64,000 nucleotides of DNA from a virus: the IMG/VR virus record IMGVR_UViG_3300027985_000891, positions 60,899 through 124,898 of that record; one strand, written 5' to 3'. This document shows, piece after piece, positions 21,225-32,004 of this stretch. The translations under genes were made by a program, and so were the position numbers. Under the pieces are notes generated by a model. That model had not been told where the DNA came from, did no database searches, and saw only the letters and a list, made by a program, of their open reading frames with translations. How positions within the stretch are numbered: the stretch's first letter is position 1; every line of letters starts with the position of its first letter.

Positions 21225-24200
21225 ATTGTGTGGGTGTGGCGGGTGGGATTATTCAATCAAACTAACATGACTAGAGAACAACTGGAACGATATTGGATGC
21301 TATATCAGCTTATAGGTAGTATAACTTCCTATCGTGGTGGTTATCTAAACTTGAGCACATGGCAAGCAGCTCGTGAATTACGTGACTTATGCGGTCATGC
21401 TATCTATTACTACACCCAGATGAAATGAACAGAACATACAAATACTACATACTCTTTAGGTCTTGCCGCAAGATCTTATGGGGAACACATTTCATTAACG
21501 TGGATCATGAGGTATGCTGGCAAACAGTTTATTCCATAACGGATATATTGGTCCGTGAAGATGCTAGACAGAATATTATTTGGCTCTAAGGCTATGTATA
21601 AACACTAACTAAATGAACGATAAACCAAATAAAGTTTTGTTTGAACTGTATTTTGATATATTCCTGACTATGCATGAAGACACATTTCCAATAGGAGCTG
21701 GTATATACCTGTCACTATTTGGTATCATTGATCTGCTTGATAAACACAATAACTGATTAATAATGAGCGAGTTATACTTCAATCTCTATGTGATCATGTA
21801 TGAATACTTCTATCCTTTAGAGTTTAATATCTACATGATCATAATCGACATCCTGGATGGAAACCTATTATAGACTGTTTTCTGCGATACGTTACCACTA
21901 TCATTACCTTTATTGGATGTCCGATGCACAAATAGATGATGATACGTACTACTTACTTCATGATATCGTATTATTGTTAGATAATTATGTAAAACACTGA
22001 GTAAGAACGAGTTAAAGTGAAAAAGTATACCTAACCCCCTGATTTAGACCCTTTTGAACATACCCTCAAAACAAAAGTGCTATAATTATGGTCTTTTATG
22101 ACAATCACTACAAATCCATACTTTCTTATTATTATCTCTATTTTACTAGAACCTTTAGATTATGTTATTGGAAAGCTGATATATTTTATAATGAAGAAAG
22201 AGATCGTTTTTTATACTATGCTCTATATGATATGATTCAGTTTATTAATACTTATCAAGTCCCAGGGAGATGAAGGTTTATATCCTCTTATTTAACTGTG
22301 ATATGTTCGCACATTCATATTATTTCTACTATAATGGCCACCCGGCAGATTATGTGTATGTCTCTTTACATAACCTATACGACTTACTAAAAGATGACTA
22401 AACTATATCCTCTTATCTTTCGATTGATCTGGATCAATTCTTATGTCTATTATGTATATGTTGATACTGAGGGCGAAGAGGTTTCTGATGCAGCACATAA
22501 ACTATACACTTTACTAAAATGACTCACTATCTTATCTATATTCGAACATTTCATGATCTTCTTATTCATGTAGAAACAGAGCATACCTTACGGGAACTTT
22601 CTCATGCTCTTTATCGTATCTATCTTCCTATCTATGATAACTATGTACAAGCGTAAACCTTTCTATAAGCTCATCTTTCATATGTTGGACCTGTTTACTA
22701 ATAATCCTTATACTTATAATCCACCATATGAAGATGTCCGTAAAAGTGCTGTATTTTTGTTACATCATATCTACAATCATGAATGACTCTATCAACTATA
22801 CTTTACTCATCAATCTGACCCGCAAAGCTCTCAAATTGTATCTGGATGAGTACATGAAATTCGTTATTCCAGAGTCTCTACCAGCATTTATAGCCATGCA
22901 TCAACTGTATTATGTTTTACATTATGATCTACCCGATAACATACTCTAAGTTATTCAGACACTTCTATATGATTATTTATAACGATTCTCATAGTAGACT
23001 ATCAAGAGATGCAAATAGGACTTTATTTAGACTTGATATCTTACTACAAAGTACAAAGACTAACTTTCCTTTCACATGAACATTTATTATCTTATATGGA
23101 TCAGAAAATACTTCGCTGAGTATTGGCTTTTCTATCAGCTTCACTATGAGGTGTATAGCATTTTATATGAAATTATAACACTTCACGATGAATACTTTAC
23201 ATCACATGATCAGAAGTATTAAGGATTATCTGTTTCTTCTCTGGTTTGATACTAATGTGTATAATCCTGACTTCGACCAGCTCAGAACACTTCATTATCT
23301 TTGGGAAGAGTTCGCTTACCTTTCTAACCAATTTTATCGAATCAACTGTTATGTTTGATTTGATGCTAAGAGTTCTTACAACGTATTTGTATAACCAGTA
23401 TGAAGAACCATACTGTCTGCCAACAGTTCTATCTGTCTATCAACTATATCATGTTTTACACTATGAACTACCAGATGTACTTTAGAAAGTTAAGATTGTG
23501 TTGCGGACATTATCTGCCATTATTGAATGTACATGATCACTTGTTGCTTATCCAGATATATAATGATATCGATTATCTGATTGCTATACACATGAGACAA
23601 TATGGTAAATATAATGCGTGATGTTACAAGCTATTACAGCTATTACTTCATAGAGACCCCAGAGGGATGGATTCGTGATCTTCCCCAAGAATATTATGAT
23701 GTAGACAAAGTATGTAGAATGCTATATTTTATTCTTCATAATGAAGCATGTGCTTCTAAATTATCTTTCTATGATACTGAAGTTTAAGATCTGTTTCCGG
23801 ATCATTCGCATGATGATTATTTATAATCATAAGTTTTTATTTTCTATGATAATAACATCTAGATACATTAATACTATTGGTAGTCTATCTTTTGAAGTAT
23901 CACCAGCTTTTCATCAAACTTATATTGAAGTACATAATGCATCAGTAAAACTCATTGACTGCCTCACTACACATTTTGAACCATGAATGAGAAGATTTAC
24001 ATCCAGTACTATTCCTGGTTTCTTAATATGATACTTCTCAAGGATACAGTAACCGGAGGAGGTGCTGTATTCTTCAAAGTACTTTCACTTAGAGACGATT
24101 TATCTCAAACAATTCAAAGAACTTATGGGCCTACCAATTAACTATTTACCTTCTTACTATGTCTGGCATGATACAGCAACTGTCTTTTTCTATTACTATG

Positions 24201-25870
24201 AGAATCGGTTTGACTTACAAGGACCAGAACTTACTGCTGTAGTTAATGCCATTTATAGTATGGGTCTTAGCGTGAGAATTCGCAAGCGCCGTTATGGATA
24301 AATATACTACAAATCTTAAACACTTTAAGACAGTTATAGATATACTTTATAAGTATTACTACTTTTATCTAAATCCTCATTCACGTATTCATATTGCCAT
24401 ATTTAGAATATCACTTAACTCCTTTTTAAATGAAAACAATAACATTAGATCATCAAACACCTGATGATACCATGGACATCCTGGAAAAGCTTAAAGCTAA
24501 TGGGCATACGGATGTTATTATTAGCTATAATGGAATAGCTAAAGTTTATAACATCGACGTTTATCTGGACATCCTAAACAACTACTTTGATGGACTTGAA
24601 AACATACAAGAGCATGCTGAACATGATTGAGCAAATGATGTGGATAGCGACAAATAAGAGTGGATATCATGCTTGGAAAGCTTGCGATTCGCTACTTGTA
24701 ACTTTAAGAGAGCAGGTAAATATTTGATAACTTTTGTAATACTATCAACATGAAAAACCTGCTCTTTTATTACTATATAATGCGTAGTATGAGATTATGT
24801 CTTTATATTGAATATGAGGATGGGAAACGTCAAGATATAGTCAAAGATGTTTGGTATCAATCTATTTTATTATCCAACTTTATATACCATGACCAAATTT
24901 AGTCTTAAAGATCATACATATCTTCTTGGATGGGTCCGTGATCATTTAGCTCATAACATTATGAATGTGTATGAAGAAGAACATCCTTGGGTCTATGCAA
25001 TTTATTTAGTAGCTTGTATATCTAATCATGATCAATCTTACCCTTCTTAAGTTATTAGTTAGCTCCTTTCTCCTGGGATCTGTATGTGATCCGGATAACT
25101 TTGATTTCGTCTGTACTACACCAGTTGGACTTCAAATCTTTGATGATCATATAAACGGTTGTCATGGAGCTAGATACATTCAGGTAACAAATGTTACTTC
25201 AGATTCTATAACATTATATGTTAAAGATAGTGTTGTTATCAACTCGTTTGAAGGTAACATCACAATTGAACTCCCATGCCATTAGAGACATATCTATCTA
25301 TCTTCAGAATGTTCAAAACAAGGATTGAAACATCTGCTGATACATTTGGATGCTACTATTGTACTCAGTCAATCATTAACGCATACTGGTATCATATAGT
25401 AAGATATAAGTAATTTCCCCTTTTAAACACTCAGTCATTGGGAGGCCTTTGGGTCTCCCTTTTATAATTATGAACGCTATAATATACTATCAACTTTTCT
25501 GTGCTGCTTATAACTTATTTGTTTCACATTATTGGCCTATAAGCTATAATTGTTCATCTATAGCTAACGATATTCAAGAGCTATCATGGAAATGTAGATA
25601 TCTGAAGTATCATGATATAACCACTATAAAATAAAAAAACATGAAAAAGACTATCGTATTCTTATGCTTTTGCATGATCATACTGATCTGTGCATTTGTT
25701 ATACATTTCCTGGAACCTATAATAGGACCAGGTGCAGCGATCTTTATTACCTTACCTGCTGCTGCAGTTATACTTATGAATGTAGCTATTAAAGTATATG
25801 ATCGCTATGGATAGAAATTTTATGTGACAGAGTAAAAACACTGATTATTAACTTATTTAAAATATGAAAC

Positions 25871-26488
25871 ATGAATATTTTAGCATCACGTCCCATGGAC
25901 GTTATCAAAAGAAGAATCGTATTAACAGGTACAAAGGACATCATGTTCGACCGGTACGCCGGCGACAACAACACAAAGTTGGAACCAGCTCAGAAGTTAT
26001 ACCTGAAGCCAGAACCGGACGGAGAGTTGCCCAGTATTATACTACCGGCGGCCAATTTTATGAGCTTCTTATCCGCCCATAATACCAACTCTGCTCCAAA
26101 GAGGCTGAGGGATGCAAGAAAATATAAGGCAATAGCCAATGCTTGTTTATCATTTGTAGATATTGAGGAAGAGCATATTCCTTTTATGAGGAATGGTAAA
26201 CCTATTAAGTTTGATAGGTTTAATGCTGAAGAGATCGATACTGTCAGTGGATGTTATATCCATCGTAGTGTAGCAAGATTGGAAAAGGGTATACCTAATC
26301 CAAAAGTACGACCAGTGCTTCCTAAACCATGGAGTGTTGAGTTTACGATGGTTATTCATCCAAATAAGGAAATCAAAGAAACAGAGATCTACAACCTTAT
26401 TTCTGAAGGAGGTATTGCAATAGGTTTAGGTACCTATCGTGGTGTCTTTGGAAAGTTTGTTGTAGAAGCTTGGGATGAAATAAAGTAG
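25871..26488 (+). CDS. Solo RAMP (Cas7-like) protein
   Basis: N-terminal strand RIVLTGTKDIMF, IILPAANFMSFL (RAMP IP-helix motif), late strand WSVEFTM and C-terminal Gly-rich loop GGIAIGLGTYRGVFGKF. Confidence 0.75.
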   Translation: MNILASRPMDVIKRRIVLTGTKDIMFDRYAGDNNTKLEPAQKLYLKPEPDGELPSIILPAANFMSFLSAHNTNSAPKRLRDARKYKAIANACLSFVDIEEEHIPFMRNGKPIKFDRFNAEEIDTVSGCYIHRSVARLEKGIPNPKVRPVLPKPWSVEFTMVIHPNKEIKETEIYNLISEGGIAIGLGTYRGVFGKFVVEAWDEIK

Positions 26489-27279
26489 GCAAGGTATGGA
26501 GGGGCTCTGATCGGTGTGGAGAGGAGGGGCGATGCAAGACGCTGCACTGCATAAGATAACTCTACCTGGGAAACTGGGTAGAGTTTTTTATTATAAACAT
26601 ATGTGCTTGGTTGAGCTTGGATCGGAAAGGAGTGGCAATGTAAGGATAGGCTCGGAAATGATAGGCAAGGATAGCTTTTTACCCAAAACTAAAAATATAA
26701 TCAATGCTAGGCTCGGCACGTCTCTGACTGGCCCTTCCTGGCCCTGCCTGGAGGGGCGGTGCTATGCTTTGATAGGCAAGGAATGGTTTTTACCCTGAAA
26801 CTGAAGATATAACGCGTAAGTGTGAGGAAGTGCTAGGCCCTGACAGGCGAGTCTCGGAGTGGATGGGATTGGTAAGGATTTGCTAGGCAAGATTTTTATA
26901 CCTAAAACTAAAAATATACTAAGAATAACTTGGATAGTCACGGACTGGACTGGAGGGGATTTGCTAGGACAGGCGGTGCTAGGATGGGATTGGCGAGGAT
27001 GGGCACTGAAAGGTAGTGAAAGGAGAGGCTATACAAGGCAAGGCTTTTACCCAAAACTAAAGATATAATACTCAGAAACATTGGCCGGGATGGGCATGGA
27101 TGGTCAAGGATGGGACTGGAGTGGAGGTGATAGGCACTGCAAGGATTGGTTTACCCAAAACTAAAGATATATTTTAGGCGGATCCAGGCTGGGTACTGCC
27201 CGGACCGGCTGCGATAGGAGTTGCCCGGATGGGAGGGGAGAGGCTCTGCAAGGAAAGGTCTTGCTTTGCTAGGCAAGGT
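26486..27279 (+). repeat. Array of seven pentamer-periodic tracts (NN+GGH/TGH) with a conserved linker; putative guide-like ncRNA array
   Basis: Tracts at 26486-26550, 26602-26671, 26703-26787, 26819-26893, 26930-27044, 27081-27150 and 27175-27279; linker consensus TTTTACCCAAAACTAAARATATA follows tracts 2-6. Confidence 0.9.
26558..26590 (+). terminator. Terminator-like hairpin after the first pentamer tract
   Basis: ACTCTACCTGG-GAAA-CTGGGTAGAGT followed by a T-run. Confidence 0.7.
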
Positions 27280-27458
27280 TATATTATCGTTGTAACTAAA
27301 TAACTTGTTATATGAAATCTGTTACTATTTATCCGGATCCCATTGCCCAATTACTTGATAAGATTGATAAGGAGAATGAACAAAAGCATAAGAAAGAAAT
27401 GATTATGCCGGCATCTCACAAGATTACCTTGTTTTTCTTATCTCTTTATTAGTTGTTC

Positions 27459-27483
27459 GAGGGGGTCGAAAGACTCCCTTTTT
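27459..27483 (+). terminator. Intrinsic terminator
   Basis: GGGGGTC-GAAA-GACTCCC followed by TTTTT. Confidence 0.7.
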
Positions 27484-28511
27484 ATCTGAAACTTTTAAAA
27501 TAAAACATAATGGCAAAGAAACTGACATCTCAAACGGTGAACACTTTCATGAAAATTACTCATTTGTTTATCCATGATACTGAAATAGCAAAGAAGAAGT
27601 ATTGGGAGAACAATAAGAAGAGCTCTCCTCAGAGCGATTTCTATGATACAGCGCTAAGTAGAGCTAATGAGCTATTGGAGAAGTTACAGAAGCTCTATGA
27701 CTCTATCGTAAAGGATGAAAAGAAAGAAGTATAGAGTCTATGCGTTCCCTAAGAAATACGCTAGAGTTTATATGCTTCTTTTTAGATCCATAATGTATGT
27801 AAACAGATTAAGAGCATCTAACTCATTTAGTAAATATGCTCTTTATGTAGATCTTAGAGTACTCATTTCGTTACTTAGACTGTATATTCGACATAAACAT
27901 GAGTATTTCGAATAAGTTTCAATGGTACTTCTCTTTATTGGTATGGATGTCTCAACATATAACTAATAAGTTAAATCCTTTAGATCAGTATAATGAACAG
28001 ATGTATATTGCAGATGAGCTTATCAGATTAAGTAGTATAGCTTATCATATGTATCTTATTCATTTCAAAGAGAACACAAACCCCAGAGGGTGAGGATGAT
28101 ATGATTACCTATAAATGAATATGGAACAGAGAACTATGTATCAACGCAGATTCTATCATTACTGCTATGACTTCTTTCATTGGCGTCTATTAATATGGGA
28201 TAGAGATATGCACGATTTCAGTAATGAGACTTTGAATATGATCTTGGAACTGGAAACTAAAGTGAGAGTTCTTTATCGGATGTTAGATGATTGTCCTCGC
28301 GCGCGTACTTAACTATACTATAATTATAGTTTATACTATAAAAAAGATATATGTTATATCTATTAGTATGTGTTCCTCTCCCTGGGATCTTGTCTATAGT
28401 TAGTGTATCTACTGTAAGTAAGTACAGTTAGTATACTTACTATAAGGGTCTAACAATCGAGGTACATAAAATGTTTTAAAAAAGTTTACTTATTGCTTAA
28501 AATATACAACG

Positions 28512-28826
28512 ATGACAAAAATTCGTCCTGATCGTTACGATCTTGATAAAGTAAAAGCTGATATGGCTGATAATATTGTTAATTTGATATCAGTAGTAGT
28601 TCTTACCCTTATAGGTATCATAATACTATACTTTGCTATTTATGGTGCAGTAGTAAGAACTCAAATAGAATACTGGGAACAAGCACATAAAGCTAACTTT
28701 TTTGCTACCATGCATAAGTATAATAAGTTTCAATCCTGTCTTGAGTATCAGGATACCTGTTTATGTGCTTACAATCTTCCGGAATATGAACGAAAATGTT
28801 ACTGCGATGAACAAGAAACTCATTGA
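28512..28826 (+). CDS. Single-pass membrane protein with Cys-rich C-terminus
   Basis: Hydrophobic stretch IVNLISVVVLTLIGIIILYFAIYG. Confidence 0.55.
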   Translation: MTKIRPDRYDLDKVKADMADNIVNLISVVVLTLIGIIILYFAIYGAVVRTQIEYWEQAHKANFFATMHKYNKFQSCLEYQDTCLCAYNLPEYERKCYCDEQETH

Positions 28827-29160
28827 GATACAGTTTAGAGCTGTCAAGATTCTACATTATAAGTATGGAGAAAGATTAAATAGTGGGACTACATCTAAAT
28901 ATGATATAATCATATATAACTTTCTCAATACTGCTCGTAGGATACTGGCTCGATTAAAAAATCGAGTATGAAAAGTAGACATATTATTAGCATCTTAACA
29001 ATGTTTATGAAAATGAATATACAGGATGCTGATGCTAGAAATGCTGATGACATTGTAGTGCTCAACATGTCATATGATGAGATCATTAAAGTACTAGGTC
29101 ATGAGCAAAAGAAATACATTAGAAATCATGGATTACTCACACCTAAAGTAAATAACCGTT

Positions 29161-29979
29161 ATGAATGATCCTCGTGTCCATGGAAATATCTTGGTACATA
29201 AACATTCTAAGAGAGCTTATTCTGTTGTTCATCCTAAAGTATTAGGACCAGACAGAATCATTAGAATAGGTGTAATAGATACTACGACCGGTGCTATTAT
29301 GTATATTCCTGAAGACGATGTTATAAACTTTGACATATATACCAAATCTGAGTGGAATAGACGTAAACAAGCAAAAGTAAATCCTTTTATTCCTACACCC
29401 AATAGAATAGTACGATGGGTACCTGAAACAGATGATCATAAAAATGTATCATCTACCAATGCTGTACCTAGTCAATCGCTATTTGATGTATTAGAAGTAG
29501 ATGATCTTATTAGTCACCGGGCTACAACTAATGGTAAGCATAATAATGTTTATCTTGTTACTTATATTGATAGAGTAACTCGATATGTCACTGTAAGTAG
29601 TAAAGATAATAATGAAGATATTTATCTGAGTATACCAGCTAATACGATTATTATGGAGTATACTCGGGTGGGTAAAAGGGAAGCTGCAAAGCCTCACATA
29701 CTAAATATTGTACGAATATTAGAAACTCGTATTTATGAGCATCTCTATTCTAATACTTGGTTAGACCGGTATTATCATCGATACTGTATAAAACGTGGTA
29801 GAGATATTCCCAGAGAAGAGCGAATTGAAGATGAAGAGCACATATTTGTAGCTCCTGGTGAGATATATCGTTATTTGAAGGAGAATATACCACTTGACGA
29901 TTTAAAAGCGCTTAAAAACGAATTAAATGCTGATCATGAACTGGAAGATATATCGAAAACTACTATGGAAGATAACTGA
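29161..29979 (+). CDS. Hypothetical protein
   Basis: 272-aa ORF coupled to the upstream gene. Confidence 0.6.
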   Translation: MNDPRVHGNILVHKHSKRAYSVVHPKVLGPDRIIRIGVIDTTTGAIMYIPEDDVINFDIYTKSEWNRRKQAKVNPFIPTPNRIVRWVPETDDHKNVSSTNAVPSQSLFDVLEVDDLISHRATTNGKHNNVYLVTYIDRVTRYVTVSSKDNNEDIYLSIPANTIIMEYTRVGKREAAKPHILNIVRILETRIYEHLYSNTWLDRYYHRYCIKRGRDIPREERIEDEEHIFVAPGEIYRYLKENIPLDDLKALKNELNADHELEDISKTTMEDN

Positions 29980-30150
29980 ATACAAAAATTCATTTAGTGA
30001 TGACACATTGGATAGATATTTACTTGAAAACACACTTTATTATCAGGCTCAGATACTTACCAGATTAATAAGTCAATATGAAGCAGGTAGATTTCTATAA
30101 AAACTATGATTATTACTTATACTATCTAGAAGGAACTAAACATTCACATT

Positions 30151-30495
30151 ATGGTCATAGCATTTGCATTCCATGGAGTCGTTAAGCATAAAGAACAACC
30201 TATCAAAGGAGCCATTGATGCATTACGAGAACTTACTTATGATCATGCACTCGTGCTTGTATCAACATCATCTGAACCTGAACTTTACAATGAAGTCAAA
30301 TATCTCGCCGGCTATGGCATCAGCCTATTTGGTATCAACATTGTTCCTAATCAAACGATTAGCTCAATCAATGGATCATATTACGTCAACTATGAGATAC
30401 TAATTGATCCTAAAGCCATTGGAGCACCATTAGTTCCAGAAGGATATATCGATTGGATCCAAGTAAGAAAATTACTAAAAAACAAGCTATCTTGA
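30151..30495 (+). CDS. Degenerate HAD-like (BT0820-type) protein
   Basis: IAFAFHGVV where DFDGT is expected; later GIN.VPNQ, IDPKAIGAPL and IDW motifs retained. Confidence 0.5.
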   Translation: MVIAFAFHGVVKHKEQPIKGAIDALRELTYDHALVLVSTSSEPELYNEVKYLAGYGISLFGINIVPNQTISSINGSYYVNYEILIDPKAIGAPLVPEGYIDWIQVRKLLKNKLS

Positions 30496-30511
30496 TGGTC
30501 AAAAATAGACC

Positions 30512-31534
30512 ATGAAACACTTTTTGTTCATTTCAGTATTCTTATGTGTAATAGCTGATATCTATTCACAACAATGTTTTGTAACAGACTTCGAATATCA
30601 GTTCTATGTACCACCTGATCATAACCATCAGACTGATAGAGCATTACATACTCACTGTCTAACGATTTTTGCCGTAGTAGACTACTTTACTTATCTTGAT
30701 TTTAATGGCAATGAGCCGGCAATAGTACAATGGGTAGAAGATAACTGGAGTAATGTAAAAGAGGTCTTTGCTATTGAAAATGTTAGTGTGGATGTATCAG
30801 CTATTCACATTTATACAGAACCGGATTGGATCACATTGGGTACCTATAATAATATTCAAGAAGTACTTTATGATTTTGGTGGTTTCATTAAAGACGATGT
30901 CAATGGACGCTTCAAATGTATGATGACCACCTATGAATGGGGAGGTGGTATTGGTTGGGTAGGAGGATATAATACTCCTCGTAAACCGGTATACAATCAG
31001 AGTGGCTTATTAGGATACTATGGCGCATACAATGTGTGTGGTAACTTATCTAAAACAGTTACTGATTATCCTGCTTATTCATGGAATACAAATGTACTTG
31101 CTCATGAACTGGGACATAACCTTGGACTTGGACATACCCACGATGGTATATGGGGTCCTAATAATGATATGAGAGTTGACGATTGTGCAGGTAATCCTAT
31201 GACACCGGTTATTATGCCTATTGAATATAGTACTGCTATGAGTTATTGTCATCTTACATCTCATGGTATTGATCACACCAAAGGATTTGGTTTCTATCCT
31301 GGTGAACTTATGCGAGCTAACATCTTTGCTACTCCTATGTTGGAGATAGTCGATGGTACCTTAATTCTTCAAGGCCTTCTTCAAGGTTATGAGTATCAGG
31401 CTTCAGAGATTATTATTCCTAATGGTGGAAACAGCGCAAACTATTATCTTACTTTGAGAGCAGATGAAGTTACTATCGAAAATAACTTTATAGCTTATCC
31501 AACTTTTCAAATTTATCCCTCAGTGTGTAATTAG
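30512..31534 (+). CDS. Secreted metzincin (reprolysin/M12B-like) metallopeptidase
   Basis: Signal peptide, HELGHNLGLGH zinc motif and Met-turn AMSYCH. Confidence 0.85.
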   Translation: MKHFLFISVFLCVIADIYSQQCFVTDFEYQFYVPPDHNHQTDRALHTHCLTIFAVVDYFTYLDFNGNEPAIVQWVEDNWSNVKEVFAIENVSVDVSAIHIYTEPDWITLGTYNNIQEVLYDFGGFIKDDVNGRFKCMMTTYEWGGGIGWVGGYNTPRKPVYNQSGLLGYYGAYNVCGNLSKTVTDYPAYSWNTNVLAHELGHNLGLGHTHDGIWGPNNDMRVDDCAGNPMTPVIMPIEYSTAMSYCHLTSHGIDHTKGFGFYPGELMRANIFATPMLEIVDGTLILQGLLQGYEYQASEIIIPNGGNSANYYLTLRADEVTIENNFIAYPTFQIYPSVCN

Positions 31535-31572
31535 CAACTGATGTGAGAAAAGTAACAAATAATTGAGACTTT

Positions 31573-31959
31573 ATGACTACTGTTGACAAGATAGGGAGGT
31601 TTCTTGCCTCTACTATGCATTACAAAATGGGTCTTACACAAGAATATCAATGGTTCTTTAAAGAAACTTCACTATATAGATATTTTCTCGGGCTTAATAT
31701 ATATGGCGACCGAATAGATGTAGATACTTTAAGTAGTACTCAACGACAAGAAATCATACTTACTATATTTCTTAATCAAATGTGGGAGTCTGATATTATT
31801 AGTAACCAAGAACATGAGACTTATCACTTGATGAATAAAAGTACTGATGTTGAAACGCAAACACTATTATCTGGTATTTTAGAAGTCTTGTATCCACAAA
31901 TGATTAAACTGTGGATCAAAAAACATGGAAAGATACCTTGGGTAAAAATACACTCATAA
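31573..31959 (+). CDS. Hypothetical protein with C-terminal M..S.D.ET motif
   Basis: LMNKSTDVETQTLLSGIL. Confidence 0.55.
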   Translation: MTTVDKIGRFLASTMHYKMGLTQEYQWFFKETSLYRYFLGLNIYGDRIDVDTLSSTQRQEIILTIFLNQMWESDIISNQEHETYHLMNKSTDVETQTLLSGILEVLYPQMIKLWIKKHGKIPWVKIHS

Positions 31960-32004
31960 CTCTTAGAAACGAATAATTTTTAACTTTACGCTAAATCCAC
32001 TAAA

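Larger units (their letters stand above)
19019..25634 (+). other. Array of dozens of translationally coupled Tyr/Leu/Ile-rich micro-ORFs (about 35-90 aa)
   Basis: Successive ATG/stop overlaps, e.g. 22270-22401, 22394-22522, next ATG at 22519; shared C-terminal patterns such as HNLYDLLK/HKLYTLLK and QLYYVLHYD/QLYHVLHYE. Confidence 0.65.

Noticed and set aside
19019-25634. Stop-codon reassignment (TAG or TGA) explaining the short ORFs, as in some crAss-like phages
   Set aside because: Core genes are intact in the standard code, the short ORFs end in all three stop codons and change frame through ATG/stop overlaps, and no suppressor tRNA was seen.
26514-27068. ORFs 26514-26798 and 26859-27068 as real genes
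   Set aside because: Their G/W/R-rich translations are a by-product of the pentamer repeats; a 5-nt period is not codon-compatible.
26486-27279. Canonical CRISPR array
   Set aside because: The would-be spacers are 65-115 nt, unequal in length and internally periodic; the linker is degenerate and non-palindromic; no adaptation or processing cas genes are seen.
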